64,000 nucleotides of DNA from Thermoplasmata archaeon (GTDB lineage Archaea; Thermoplasmatota; Thermoplasmata; Lutacidiplasmatales; UBA184), in the NCBI GenBank assembly GCA_041476045.1, contig JBGOSQ010000001.1, positions 8,846 through 72,845 on the forward strand, written 5' to 3'. Positions within the stretch are counted from its first letter, which is position 1, and each line of letters opens with the position of its first letter. A program made the translations under genes and the position numbers. Positions 54,604 to 64,000 of this stretch are shown here, piece after piece. Under the pieces are notes generated by a model. It was not told the DNA's origin and did not search any database. It was given only the letters and a program-made list of their open reading frames with translations.

Positions 54604-55875
54604 CTAGGCTGGAGCGAGGGGCCCCGCGAGGACCGTCACGAGGCCGTCCGGGCCGAACGACTCCGATGCCGCCGCGCGCACGTCGGCGGCGGAGAGCGCC
54701 CTTAGCTGCGCGGGCCACTCGCGGAGGAACGTGGGCCCCAAGTGGTGGTAGGCGACGTCCACGCCGATCTCGTGCGCCCCCTGCGTTGTCTCGAACGCGA
54801 GCGGGATCTCGCCGATGACGCTGCGCCGGATCCGGTCCAGCTCGCGCGCGGGGACGACCGAGGAACGGATGCGCCGGACCTCCGCCTCGACGAGGCGGCG
54901 GGCCGGGAGGAGCCGCTCCGGTCCGGTACCCGCATGGGCGAGCCAAAACCCTCCCCAGCGCATCGCTTCTAGATCGCTCGATGCATGGTAGGCGAGGCCG
55001 CTCTGCTCCCGGACCTTTTGGAAGAGCCGGGAAAGGAGGCCTCCCCCGAGCACCTCGTTCGCGAGGTACGCGGCGGGGTACCGGGGGTCTGCCCGGTGGA
55101 GCGAGGCGGCGCCGATGCGGATCTCTACTTGACTGCGACCCGGCATCGCCATCGCGATCGGGTCCGCGGCCGGCGGCCGTAGAGGAGGGATCGATGGCGG
55201 TCGGGGCGCGCGCTCCGTTGGGAAGGCGCCGAAGGCGCGACGCACCGATCGGACCGTCTCGTCGACGGACGGTCGACCCGTCACGACGAGGAGGGCGCCG
55301 TCCGATGTCGTGTGGTCGCGATGGAAGCGAACGAGGTCCCCGCGAGGGATCCGGGCGACGCTCGCGCGCGTGCCGAGCCCGGTGGATCGGTACGGATGAC
55401 CGGAGGGGAAGCTCGCGCGGAGGAACTCCTTGTCGGCGCGGCTCCCTGGCTGCGCCTCTTCGCGAAGCTGGCGCTCGAAGGTCTGGCGACGGACCCGGGC
55501 CAGGTCCGTGGGATCGAACCGAGGTCGAAGCACGACGTCCGCGAGGAGTCCGAGCAGCGGCTCGAACGACGCCTGGGGTCCCCAGATGGTGTATTCGGTT
55601 GTTTCGGGGGCGATGCGATGCGACAGCGCGGCGCCATGTCGATCCAGGAACCGGGCGAGCCCGACGCGATCGCGGTTGCCGGCGGCGCTCGCGGCGACGA
55701 GGGACGCGAGAAGCGCGGTTCCCTCCTTTCCGGAGTGGTCGTAGGCCCAGCCGGAGGGGCCGAGGTAGGACGCGGCGAAGCTGGCCGCGCCCGCCGGGGC
55801 CGATTGTCGGGCGATCTCGAGTCCGTCGGCACGCGTCGTCGAACGGACGACCTGAGGATCCTTGTCACGCGTCAT
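54604..55875 (-). CDS. M16 (insulinase) family peptidase, non-catalytic subunit
   Basis: No HxxEH; HPY, LVVTG, LANEVLGGGLLSRLFQKVREQSGLAY. Confidence 0.88.
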   Translation of the reverse strand: MTRDKDPQVVRSTTRADGLEIARQSAPAGAASFAASYLGPSGWAYDHSGKEGTALLASLVAASAAGNRDRVGLARFLDRHGAALSHRIAPETTEYTIWGPQASFEPLLGLLADVVLRPRFDPTDLARVRRQTFERQLREEAQPGSRADKEFLRASFPSGHPYRSTGLGTRASVARIPRGDLVRFHRDHTTSDGALLVVTGRPSVDETVRSVRRAFGAFPTERAPRPPSIPPLRPPAADPIAMAMPGRSQVEIRIGAASLHRADPRYPAAYLANEVLGGGLLSRLFQKVREQSGLAYHASSDLEAMRWGGFWLAHAGTGPERLLPARRLVEAEVRRIRSSVVPARELDRIRRSVIGEIPLAFETTQGAHEIGVDVAYHHLGPTFLREWPAQLRALSAADVRAAASESFGPDGLVTVLAGPLAPA

Positions 55876-57187
55876 CGATGGCGCCTCCGCGGGGCATGTA
55901 GCGGACGACCGTCCGGCCCGTCTCCGTGAACGTCGCACGAGCGGCCGCCCGGATCTGGCGCTGTGTCGCGGTGAGGATCCGAGTGAGGAGGTGCGACTCG
56001 AACCCGGGCGGGCCGAGCATGGCGAAGTAGCCGAGCCGGAAGGCGGTGCGCGTTGCCCCCTCGTAGGAGAGAGCGGAGGCTCGTGCGATCTTGGTGCGCG
56101 CGTCGGCGAGCTCGGCCGCGGTAGGTCCCGCCCGGGCCAATCGCTCGACTTCCTCGAGGATCGCCGATTCGATCCGATCGAGCGAGACGCCCTTCGCCGC
56201 CTGGGCGTGAACGGTGAACAGCGAGGGATGGACCCGGGGCCGCCATTCCGAGGTGGCTCGAACGGCGAGGCCGGTATCGACCAGTCGCTTGTAGAGCCGG
56301 GCCGACGGGTGTTCCGATGATCGCCCCCACATCGAGCCCGTGGCGAACATGCGGGTCTCTCCTCCCAGGACGACATCGAGCAGGATCGTGGCCGGCAGCG
56401 TGGGGTCGGAGATGGCAGGGGCCCTCCATCCGATCTCCAAGAACGGAGTGGTGCCCGGACCCGAGAGCGATGACCGTCGCTCCCCGATCGGCGGCGGTTC
56501 GGCGATCCGGACGTGCGGATCGTCGCCGGTCGAGGGTAGGCGCCCGAATCGCCGTCGAATCTCGGCCCGGAGGGTGGCCGGATCGAAACCGCCGGAGACC
56601 ACGAGGACGGCGTTTCGGGTGCCGTAGAACCGGTGGTAGTAGCTCGCGAGGGCCTCGGGGGTGAGCGATCGGATGTCCTCGGGGTATCCGAGGGCATCCC
56701 AGCGGTACGGATGCCGTTGGAAAGCGACGGCGTAGAGCTCCTCGTCGACGCGGAACTCCGGCCAGTTCTCGTTGCCCTCCCGCTCCGACCGGATGATCGT
56801 CCGCTCTCGCTCGACCTCTTTCGGCGCGATGAGAGCGCGGGTCATCCGGTCGGCCTCGATCGCGAGCGGGATCGAGAGGTGCTCGCGGGGGACGGTCGAG
56901 AAATAGGCGGTGAAGTCGTTGTCGGTGAAGGCGTTCAAGGTGCCCCCGACCTCGACGATCGCGCGATCGAGCTCGCCCTTCTTGTACCGGGGCGACCCGA
57001 GGAAGAGCATGTGCTCGATCCAGTGCGAGGCGCCCGTGACCCCGGGCCACTCGTTCTTCGAGCCGACCTTGTACCAGACCCAGACGCTCGCGGTCGGGCT
57101 CGCCGCGTTCGGCGCGAGAAGCACCGAGAGCCCGTTCGGGAGCTCAACGCGCTCGATCCGGGGCATGCGCGCGGCGCGGGAGACCAT
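55865..57187 (-). CDS. M16 family zinc peptidase, catalytic subunit
   Basis: LPNGL, WYKVGSKNE, HWIEHMLF (HxxEH), NAFT..DFTAY. Confidence 0.93.
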   Translation of the reverse strand: MVSRAARMPRIERVELPNGLSVLLAPNAASPTASVWVWYKVGSKNEWPGVTGASHWIEHMLFLGSPRYKKGELDRAIVEVGGTLNAFTDNDFTAYFSTVPREHLSIPLAIEADRMTRALIAPKEVERERTIIRSEREGNENWPEFRVDEELYAVAFQRHPYRWDALGYPEDIRSLTPEALASYYHRFYGTRNAVLVVSGGFDPATLRAEIRRRFGRLPSTGDDPHVRIAEPPPIGERRSSLSGPGTTPFLEIGWRAPAISDPTLPATILLDVVLGGETRMFATGSMWGRSSEHPSARLYKRLVDTGLAVRATSEWRPRVHPSLFTVHAQAAKGVSLDRIESAILEEVERLARAGPTAAELADARTKIARASALSYEGATRTAFRLGYFAMLGPPGFESHLLTRILTATQRQIRAAARATFTETGRTVVRYMPRGGAIDDA

Positions 57188-57348
57188 CGGGAATTCCGAG
57201 GCCCCGCCGCATATAACGAGCGACTGGCACGGGGGTGCCGAGGGACCGGAAAGCCCCGTATGGGAGCGACCCCACCGTCTCGGCCCGCCGGTCCGGTGCG
57301 CGCACGCAAGCGGACGATGATATAGTGGACCGTCGCTCGACGGCGCCG

Positions 57349-58500
57349 ATGCCCGACGACCTCGACCGGCTTAGGGCCCGGCTCGCGCGCGTCGACGCCC
57401 AGCTCCGACAGAACGTCCGACGGCGCCTCGCCCTCGCGCGAGCGATCGGTGCCGCGAAACGGCGCTCCCAGCTGCCGATCCGCGCGCCGACCGTCGAGCG
57501 CGCGGTCGTGGGACGATGGCAAGACGGGCTCGAAGACCTCGGGATCCCGCCGGACCGTGCACTCATTCTGGCGCGATGGCTCGTCGACGAGGCGATACGG
57601 GTCCAGGAAGAGGGCGGTCCCCGGACCCCGGTGGCGCCGCAGAAGATCCTCGTCGTCGGCGGGGCGGGCGAGATGGGTCGGTGGCTCTCGCGCTTCGCAC
57701 GGACGATGGGGCACGAGGTGCGTGCGCTCGATCCCAAAGGGGCCACGCGGCTCGAAGCGCCGAGGGAGCGGAGCCTCGCCGCGGGTGCGGCGTGGGCGGA
57801 CCTGATCGTCGTCGCGACTCCCATCGACGTCGCCCCCAAGGTGTACCGGGAACTCTGGCACACGGGCACGCGCGCGGTCGTCCTGGACGTCCTCTCCGTC
57901 AAGACCCCGCTTCTGTCCTCGATCCGTCGCGGCCTTTCGCTCGGCTATCGCGTGACGAGCGTCCATCCGCTCTTCGGACCGAAGGTGCGACCGCTCTCCG
58001 GGCACAATCTCCTCGTCCTCGAATGCGGAGATCCCTCGGCGACCGAGGCCGCGGCCGCGCTCTTCCGGCCGAGCTCGCTCTCGGTCTCCGTCCTTCCCGT
58101 CGCGGAGCACGACGTCCTGATGGCGGATCTGCAGGCGCTGCCGCGTGTCGTCAATCTGCTGTTCGCTTCCGCGCTCACGCGCGCCGGACGCCGTCGCCAG
58201 GAACTGGCCAAGACCGAGACGCCCTCCTTCCGCCGACAGGCCGAGGTCACGCGGACGGTGCTCGCGGAGAACCCGGATCTATCCTTGGCTCTCCTCGTCC
58301 GGAACCCGGGATCGCGCCAGATCCTCACGCGGCTCGAGCGAGGCCTGGCGGAGCTCCGACAGACCCTCGCCTCCCCGGACCTCCGAGCCCATCGGGCCAC
58401 CCTCGCCCGCGGTCGCCGGCTCTTGGGGCCTTCTCCCCACGCGCTCGCGCCGGTCCGCGCTGCGCCCCTACGTCGCACGCGTTCGCGCCGTCGCCGCTGA
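57349..58500 (+). CDS. tyrA: Chorismate mutase / prephenate dehydrogenase fusion
   Basis: LRARLARVD..RRLALARAIG..K AroQ domain; VGGAGEMG, DVLSVK, SVHPLFGP, EHD..MA..Q. Confidence 0.88.
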   Translation: MPDDLDRLRARLARVDAQLRQNVRRRLALARAIGAAKRRSQLPIRAPTVERAVVGRWQDGLEDLGIPPDRALILARWLVDEAIRVQEEGGPRTPVAPQKILVVGGAGEMGRWLSRFARTMGHEVRALDPKGATRLEAPRERSLAAGAAWADLIVVATPIDVAPKVYRELWHTGTRAVVLDVLSVKTPLLSSIRRGLSLGYRVTSVHPLFGPKVRPLSGHNLLVLECGDPSATEAAAALFRPSSLSVSVLPVAEHDVLMADLQALPRVVNLLFASALTRAGRRRQELAKTETPSFRRQAEVTRTVLAENPDLSLALLVRNPGSRQILTRLERGLAELRQTLASPDLRAHRATLARGRRLLGPSPHALAPVRAAPLRRTRSRRRR

Positions 58501-58548
58501 CGGCGCCACGGTTGCCGCTCTCGTGCGCCTTGGTCCGGCGGTAGTTTT

Positions 58549-59424
58549 ATGCCGGGGGGGCCGCCATGGCCCGGCGTGCTCCCGGCCCTCCGGCTGGTCC
58601 GTTTCGGCAATACTCTCGTCTCGTTCGCCGGCACCCTTGTCGGCGCTATGGTCGCGAGCGGTCGGGGCGTCGATCTCCCCGCAAGCTCCTGGGTCGTCTA
58701 CCTGCTGGCAGCGCTCTCCGCCGCGATGGTCACGGGGGGCGGCAACGTCCTCAACGACATACTCGACCGGGAGAGCGATCAGAGGAACCACCCCGACCGG
58801 CCCCTGGTCACCGGGGCGATCTCGGTCCGGAGCGCGCGCTGGCTCTCGGCGAGCCTTCTCGTCGGGGCCGCGATCGTCGTGCTCCCCGTACTACCGTCCG
58901 CGCCGTGGATCGCGCCGCTGCTCGGCGCCGCGGTGGCGGCGCTCCTCGCCTACGAGTTCCACTTCAAGTCGAGGGGCCTGTCCGGGAACTCCCTCGTCGC
59001 CTTCCTGACCGCGGCCGTCTTCCTCTACGGTGGGGCGGCCGCCGATCGTCCGCTGCTGCTGGTCCCGTTCGCCCTGATGGCGTTCGCCGCCACGCTCAGC
59101 CGCGAGCTCATCAAGGACATGGAGGACGCCGAAGGGGACGTGGAGCGACGGACCCTGCCGCGCGTCCGGGGCTTCCCGCTCGCCACGCGGCTCGCTCGCC
59201 TCGCGGTCGGCGTCGCCCTTGCCCTCAGCCCGGTCCCGCTCCTGTTCCTCGTTCCGCTGGCGTCTGGGGCGGGGATTATGTACCTCGCCCTAGTGCTCGC
59301 CGCCGATGCGCTGTTCGTCGTCTCGGTCGCCTCCCTTCCCGGGGAACTGCATCGCGCGCAGACCGTCAGCAAGGCGGCGATGACGCTCGCCCTCCTCGCC
59401 TTTGCGGCGACGGCGTTCCGCTGA
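58549..59424 (+). CDS. Digeranylgeranylglyceryl phosphate synthase (UbiA family)
   Basis: NVLNDILDRESD..NHPDRPL..G, SRELIKDMEDAEGD; adjacent to GGGPS. Confidence 0.9.
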   Translation: MPGGPPWPGVLPALRLVRFGNTLVSFAGTLVGAMVASGRGVDLPASSWVVYLLAALSAAMVTGGGNVLNDILDRESDQRNHPDRPLVTGAISVRSARWLSASLLVGAAIVVLPVLPSAPWIAPLLGAAVAALLAYEFHFKSRGLSGNSLVAFLTAAVFLYGGAAADRPLLLVPFALMAFAATLSRELIKDMEDAEGDVERRTLPRVRGFPLATRLARLAVGVALALSPVPLLFLVPLASGAGIMYLALVLAADALFVVSVASLPGELHRAQTVSKAAMTLALLAFAATAFR

Positions 59425-59434
59425 CGGGGGAACG

Positions 59435-60184
59435 ATGGGTCGGATCCTCGAGTACCTCACCGAGCGCCTGACGCGCGGACCGCTGCATTTCACTCTCATC
59501 GATCCGGACAAGTCGCGGGACGGCCGCGCTTCGGCGATCGCCCGCGGAGCCGCCGAGCTCGGCTCCGACGCGATCCTCCTCGGCGGATCGACGGGGATCT
59601 CCCCGGAGGTCATGGGGGCCTCGGCGCGCGCGATCCGGTCGGCGTCGTCGCTCCCCGTGATCATCTTCCCCGAGGGTGCCACCTCCTTGACCGGCGACGC
59701 CCAGGCGGTCCTTTTCATGAGCCTCCTCAATTCGCGGAATCTCGACCTCGTCATCCGGGCCCACGTGAGAGCCGCGCCGTTGGTGCGCTCCCTCGGACTC
59801 GAGCCGATCTCGCTCGGGTACGTGGTGGTGGCCCCCGGGATGCGCGTCGGCGAGGTGGGAGAGGTCGACGCCGTCCCGCGCGACGCCATCGGACTCGCCC
59901 AGGGCTATGCCCTCGCGGCCCAGTATCTTGGGATGCGCTTCGTCTATCTCGAAGCCGGATCGGGGGCGCCGAGCCCGGTGCCCGTCGAGATGGTGCGAGG
60001 CGTCCGCGAGGTTCTGGGGATCCCCCTCATCGTGGGGGGCGGGATCCGGTCCGGACCCGAGGCGAAGGCGCTCCTCGAGGCCGGAGCGCAGATCCTCGTC
60101 ACCGGCACGGTCACCGAGGAGGAAGGTCTCGGTGCCGGCTTCCGTGGGATCCTCTCGGAGGTGAGGCGGGGCCGTGGAGGATAG
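59435..60184 (+). CDS. Geranylgeranylglyceryl phosphate synthase
   Basis: HFTLIDPDK, LGGSTG, FMSLLNSRN, YLEAGSGA, VGGGIR. Confidence 0.95.
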   Translation: MGRILEYLTERLTRGPLHFTLIDPDKSRDGRASAIARGAAELGSDAILLGGSTGISPEVMGASARAIRSASSLPVIIFPEGATSLTGDAQAVLFMSLLNSRNLDLVIRAHVRAAPLVRSLGLEPISLGYVVVAPGMRVGEVGEVDAVPRDAIGLAQGYALAAQYLGMRFVYLEAGSGAPSPVPVEMVRGVREVLGIPLIVGGGIRSGPEAKALLEAGAQILVTGTVTEEEGLGAGFRGILSEVRRGRGG

Positions 60185-61994
60185 GCCCGTGGCCGGCCCG
60201 GAGCCCCGACGGCCGCCGTCGTACTCTCGGTTCATCTTCCGCGCGCCGACGACACCGCGCTCCCTCGGCGTCGTGGCGATCCTGACCCTGGCCTCCGCCG
60301 CTCTGGCGTGGGGGACCTCCCTGACCGCCGTTTCGTTCCTCCTCGATTGGACGCTCATCTTCCTCGGTCCGGCGATCGTGGCCGCCGGACTCACGCCACC
60401 CCTCGCGCGCGCCCTCGGCGGCCGCATCGGGCTCCAACGGAGCGTGCTGCTCGTCGCCACGACGTCCGCGGTCGGACTCCCGCTCCTGCTGGGCTGGAGG
60501 GCGCTCACCTGGCTCGCCGGGCCCACGCTGACCGTTGGAATCGTACCGTTCCTGCTCCTGCTCCAGGGGCCGACGTTCTGGTTCCGCCACATGAGCCTCT
60601 TCGGGGTCTCGCGGCCTTCCCACGTCCGGTCCGTCCTCCCGTCCCTGCTCCAGCCGATCCTCGCGATCGCCGCCGTCTTCGCGCTCTTTGGCGTCAGCTG
60701 GGTTCGCGTTGGCGCCGCAGTGATCTACCTCGTCACGGCGTTCCTGTGCTGCGCGCTCCTGCTCCGCGCCGCGGACCGTCCTCTCCGACGCGAGTTCGGG
60801 GTATCGGGGGTCTCGCTGATCCGCCCGCTCCTGGACCACATCAATCTCCGCGACCCGTCGGCGACGGAATCGCTCGAGCGGTTCTTCTCCCAGTTCGCGA
60901 AGCCGGCGAACCTCGGGGTCTCGGTCGTCGCGTTCCGCCGTGGCGGTCGCCCCTACGCATCGCTCGTCCTCCCGACGGTGCATCCGGGTCCGTTCGCCGC
61001 GCTGGGCGGCAGCGATCTACCGAGGAAGCTGGCCGAGCGGCTCGGAGAATCGGCGGGAACGGTGCTGGTCCCGCACACCCCGTGCAATCACGATCTGGAT
61101 CTCCCGAGCACGCGCGAGGTCGACCGTCTCGCGGCTGCGGCGAAGGAGGTCCTCGCGAGCCTCGCTCCGAGCGCGAACGGTCCGGCGAGCCCCCTCGTCT
61201 CCCCGCACCCCGGATCGTTCGCGCGCGCGCAGGTCCTCGGCGACATCGTCCTCGTCGTCGTGTCGCAGGCGCCGGCGCCGACCGACGATATCGACTTCGC
61301 CGTCGCCGACGCGATCGTGCGCGCGGTCTCGGCGGAGGAGAATCTCCGGGTCGTCGTCGTCGACGCGCACAACTCGTACGTCGAGGATGAGGGCGACATC
61401 ACCTACGGCACCCCGGCCGCCGAGCGGTTGACGCGGGACGCCCGCGCGGCGGTGCGGGCGGCGATCGCGGCCGCGCGGCCGGGACCGATCGAGGTCGGCG
61501 TGGCGACGCGGGGCGGCTACTCGATCGGGCGCCACGGGATCGGCCCGTCGGGCGTTCGTGCGCTCATCGTGCGCGCCGCGGGAACGACCGTCGCCTACGC
61601 GCTCGTCGACGGCAACAACCTCGTGCTCGGCCACCGCGCGCGGATCCTCGCCGCGCTGGAAGGGGTCGTCGACTCGGCCGAGGTGCTCACGACCGACAAC
61701 CACGTCGTCCACGAGGTCGACGGCAGCATCAACCCGCTCGGCGAGCGATACTCGGCCGACCAGCTCGCCGCGGACGTCCGTGCGGTGGTCGGTGAGGCGC
61801 TAAAGGACCTGGGCCCCTCGGAAGTGGCGTCGGGGAGCGTCGGAGTGCCCGACGTGCCGGTCCTCGGGCCAGATTGGACCGCTCGCCTTTTGACCTCGCT
61901 CGGAGACACCGTCTCGATGTTCGGCCACGCGTTCCTGATGACGTTCCTCCTCCTGCTGACGACCTCCGCGGTCGTCCTCGTCGTGTTGCGGTAG
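60174..61994 (+). CDS. DUF2070 family membrane protein
   Basis: N-terminal TM bundle; VHPGPF..LGGS.LP, HTPCNHD, VDAHN, DGNN, TTDNH; C-terminal TM. Confidence 0.85.
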   Translation: MEDRPVAGPEPRRPPSYSRFIFRAPTTPRSLGVVAILTLASAALAWGTSLTAVSFLLDWTLIFLGPAIVAAGLTPPLARALGGRIGLQRSVLLVATTSAVGLPLLLGWRALTWLAGPTLTVGIVPFLLLLQGPTFWFRHMSLFGVSRPSHVRSVLPSLLQPILAIAAVFALFGVSWVRVGAAVIYLVTAFLCCALLLRAADRPLRREFGVSGVSLIRPLLDHINLRDPSATESLERFFSQFAKPANLGVSVVAFRRGGRPYASLVLPTVHPGPFAALGGSDLPRKLAERLGESAGTVLVPHTPCNHDLDLPSTREVDRLAAAAKEVLASLAPSANGPASPLVSPHPGSFARAQVLGDIVLVVVSQAPAPTDDIDFAVADAIVRAVSAEENLRVVVVDAHNSYVEDEGDITYGTPAAERLTRDARAAVRAAIAAARPGPIEVGVATRGGYSIGRHGIGPSGVRALIVRAAGTTVAYALVDGNNLVLGHRARILAALEGVVDSAEVLTTDNHVVHEVDGSINPLGERYSADQLAADVRAVVGEALKDLGPSEVASGSVGVPDVPVLGPDWTARLLTSLGDTVSMFGHAFLMTFLLLLTTSAVVLVVLR

Positions 61995-62004
61995 GGAGTC
62001 GACG

Positions 62005-63636
62005 ATGGAGGCGCCGGCGGAACCATCGGGGCTCGCCGAAGCCGCTCGCCTCATCGGCGACACCGATGCGCTCGACCTTCTCGCGAACCTGGTCTCGATC
62101 GCGCCGACGAACCTGGAGGACCCGCTCCACGGCCGGTACGAGAAGCCGAACTACCCGCGCGCCGTCGAGCGGATCGTCCGAGCCGCGCGGCACTTTGGCC
62201 TCTCGACGCGCATCTTCGATCCGGTCGTTCACGGTCCCCCGAACCCGCACTTAGGCGCGGTCCCGCGCCCGAACATCATCATCGACCTCGACGTCGGCGC
62301 GGCGGAACGGACCCTCATCCTCGCCCACTACGACGTCGTGCCGGTCCCCGCCGAGCAGCTGGCCCGGTGGCGGAGCTCGCCCCACACGCTCACGCACCGG
62401 GCCAACGGGAGGCTCTACGGCCGTGGGGCGAACGACGACCTGGGGAGCGGGGTCGTGCCCGCGCTCATCGCGATGCGGCGGCTCGCCGCCGAAGGGGGAT
62501 CGCCCCGCAACGTCCGGCTCTTGGTCTGCTGCGATGAGGAGACCGGCGGCGAGGGCGGCGTCGAGTCGCTGAAGGCCCACGACGACGCGCTCGCGCTCGA
62601 GGACCCGGAGCGGTTCCTCGTCGGCGATGTCGCGCTGATCCCGGACGGTTCTCCGCACGCGACGTCCGGCTCGTCCGGCGTCGCCTTCCTCGACGGCTCC
62701 TTCGAACGACCGGTGCCGCTCTCCGAGGTACTCGACTACGGGGACGAGCTCGTTTCCCTGCACGACGTCGCCAAGCACTGGAAGTCGCGCTACGCCTCCC
62801 CCGATTGGCCGGAGCACCTCGCCCCGGAGCCGGTCCTCACGGGCCGCGCCACGGTGACGAAGCTCGACATCTCCGGCGACGGTCGCACGACGCCCGAGAT
62901 CGCCCTGCGGGCGGTGCACGCCGAGACCGATGCCGCGAATCAGATCGCCGAGTCGGTGACCCTCGTCTTCGAGGGCCCGCACGGCCAGCTCGCCCATCTC
63001 CTCGATCGCCTCCGACCGATGGTGCCGGCGCCGTACCGCGTCGAACCGGCCGGATCGACGAGCTTGGTGGTTCCGCCGGAGACCCTGGCGGTCCAGCTCA
63101 TCGGCCAGAGCGCCCACGGGGGCTATCCGCACCGCGGGCACAACCCGGTGCCCGCAACGCTCGCGCTCCTCCGACAGGCGATCGCCGCCGGCTGGCTGGA
63201 CGTCAGCACTCCCGTGACGGCGAGCTTCGCCGTCGACCTCCGGCTCATCCCTGAGATGCCCCTCGCAAGCGGCGTCGACGAGGTCCTCGCGACCGCGCGG
63301 CGCTGGATCGTGACCCACGAGGCGGCCGCCAAGTTGGAAGCGCCGCCGTCGCGGGCGCGTCGCGGGTACGCGCTGCCTCCCGACCACCCGGCGGTCCGTC
63401 GGCTCGAGCGGATCCTTCGCTCCGAGGGGGGCGAGGCCGGCACGTTCGGCGAGTACGGCGGCACCGATGCGAGCTCGCTCGCCGAGGTCCGAACGCCCTC
63501 CGGCGACCCGCTCCCCGCGATCGTCTTCGGGAGCATGGACCGCGCGGCGCACATCCACGAGGCCGAGGAGAGCATCGATCCGAAGCTGATGGCGACGATC
63601 GTTCGGACGATCTACCGGTTCGTCCGCGAGCCCTAG
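62005..63636 (+). CDS. M20/DapE-family metallopeptidase
   Basis: AHYDVVP, LYGRGANDD, DEETGG, GGTDA, HEAEE. Confidence 0.88.
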   Translation: MEAPAEPSGLAEAARLIGDTDALDLLANLVSIAPTNLEDPLHGRYEKPNYPRAVERIVRAARHFGLSTRIFDPVVHGPPNPHLGAVPRPNIIIDLDVGAAERTLILAHYDVVPVPAEQLARWRSSPHTLTHRANGRLYGRGANDDLGSGVVPALIAMRRLAAEGGSPRNVRLLVCCDEETGGEGGVESLKAHDDALALEDPERFLVGDVALIPDGSPHATSGSSGVAFLDGSFERPVPLSEVLDYGDELVSLHDVAKHWKSRYASPDWPEHLAPEPVLTGRATVTKLDISGDGRTTPEIALRAVHAETDAANQIAESVTLVFEGPHGQLAHLLDRLRPMVPAPYRVEPAGSTSLVVPPETLAVQLIGQSAHGGYPHRGHNPVPATLALLRQAIAAGWLDVSTPVTASFAVDLRLIPEMPLASGVDEVLATARRWIVTHEAAAKLEAPPSRARRGYALPPDHPAVRRLERILRSEGGEAGTFGEYGGTDASSLAEVRTPSGDPLPAIVFGSMDRAAHIHEAEESIDPKLMATIVRTIYRFVREP

Positions 63637-63651
63637 AGGCGGAACCCCCGG

Positions 63652-64000
63652 ATGGTGGACCCCCATCTGCTCGCGCCCGCGCAGGTGCTCTGGGTCCTCA
63701 CGACGACGTACATCGCGAACGCGTCGGCGACGCTCCCGCGGGGTCGCGGCCCCCCGATGGATCTCGGCAGCAACTGGCGCGACGGCCGACGGGTCCTCGG
63801 GGCCTCGAAGACGTGGTCGGGGTTCCTGTTCGGCACCTTCTTCGCGCTCCCGTTCGGGCTCCTCCAGGCCTACCTCTTCCTGATCGCGCCCCCCGATCTC
63901 GCGATCGTCCCGGGATTCGGACCCTCGGTCGTGGCCGCGGTCCCGGTCGTCCTCCTCTTGACGGCCGGTGCGATGACCGGCGATGCCGTGGGATCGTTCG
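63652..64000 (+). CDS. carS: CDP-archaeol synthase (partial, runs off window edge)
   Basis: Manual translation: YIANASA...PMDLG..WRDGRRVLGASKTWSG...GAMTGDAVGSF. Confidence 0.9.
   Translation, partial: MVDPHLLAPAQVLWVLTTTYIANASATLPRGRGPPMDLGSNWRDGRRVLGASKTWSGFLFGTFFALPFGLLQAYLFLIAPPDLAIVPGFGPSVVAAVPVVLLLTAGAMTGDAVGSF

Noticed and set aside
475..63666. Many long overlapping or antisense ORFs in the track (e.g. 6337-8229, 41239-43860, 43551-45581, 62251-63666)
   Set aside because: Arg/Gly/Pro-rich shadow frames expected at high GC, opposite or overlapping well-supported genes
1..64000. Systematic CATG-to-CACG/CGTG conversion (methylation-linked basecalling error) explaining ACG and GTG starts
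   Set aside because: Intact CATG sites are common, including at start codons (3681, 28384) and inside purB; a partial effect cannot be excluded without reads

Overview
High-GC (roughly 70% by eye) archaeal chromosomal window. Gene content and sequence style point to Thermoplasmatota; a canonical-looking mevalonate kinase suggests a lineage outside Thermoplasmatales sensu stricto (inference). Most of the window is housekeeping: prefoldins, KEOPS Pcc1, purB/purF, argS, ribosomal proteins L18Ae/L15e/L1/P0/P1/L44e/S27e, FtsY, GINS, fibrillarin/Nop5/Nop10, aIF2alpha, aIF5A, Trm56, TrmJ, QueC, YchF, DRG, DtdA, an M16 protease pair, TyrA, and an ether-lipid cluster (DGGGPS, GGGPS, DUF2070, CarS). 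The accessory stretch at about 32-53 kb holds the unusual content. (1) A 1362-aa IleRS-derived protein has lost the HIGH, KMSKS and editing motifs and is fused to a helix-hairpin-helix, a Pro-rich linker and a DUF835 (inactive KaiC-like) domain; a cluster of one active and two inactive KaiC-like ATPases lies at 16-18 kb. Together they are a candidate tRNA/amino-acid-sensing input to archaeal KaiC-type signalling. (2) A tRNA-Glu(CTC) carries a 30-nt non-canonical intron in the T-loop with a bulge-helix-bulge motif. (3) Several genes have no canonical start codon (ACG behind a GGAGG for a ~1491-aa helical-repeat protein; ATT for PduO), and a neighbouring membrane gene has two in-frame stops. (4) Also present are a stand-alone TIR protein, an Arg-rich microprotein, a pair of paralogous secreted Cys-capped proteins, a double-Kelch surface protein and an orphan RnfD-like protein. 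No CRISPR array, rRNA, integrase or transposase was recognised. All family assignments come from motif recognition by eye; no database search was run.
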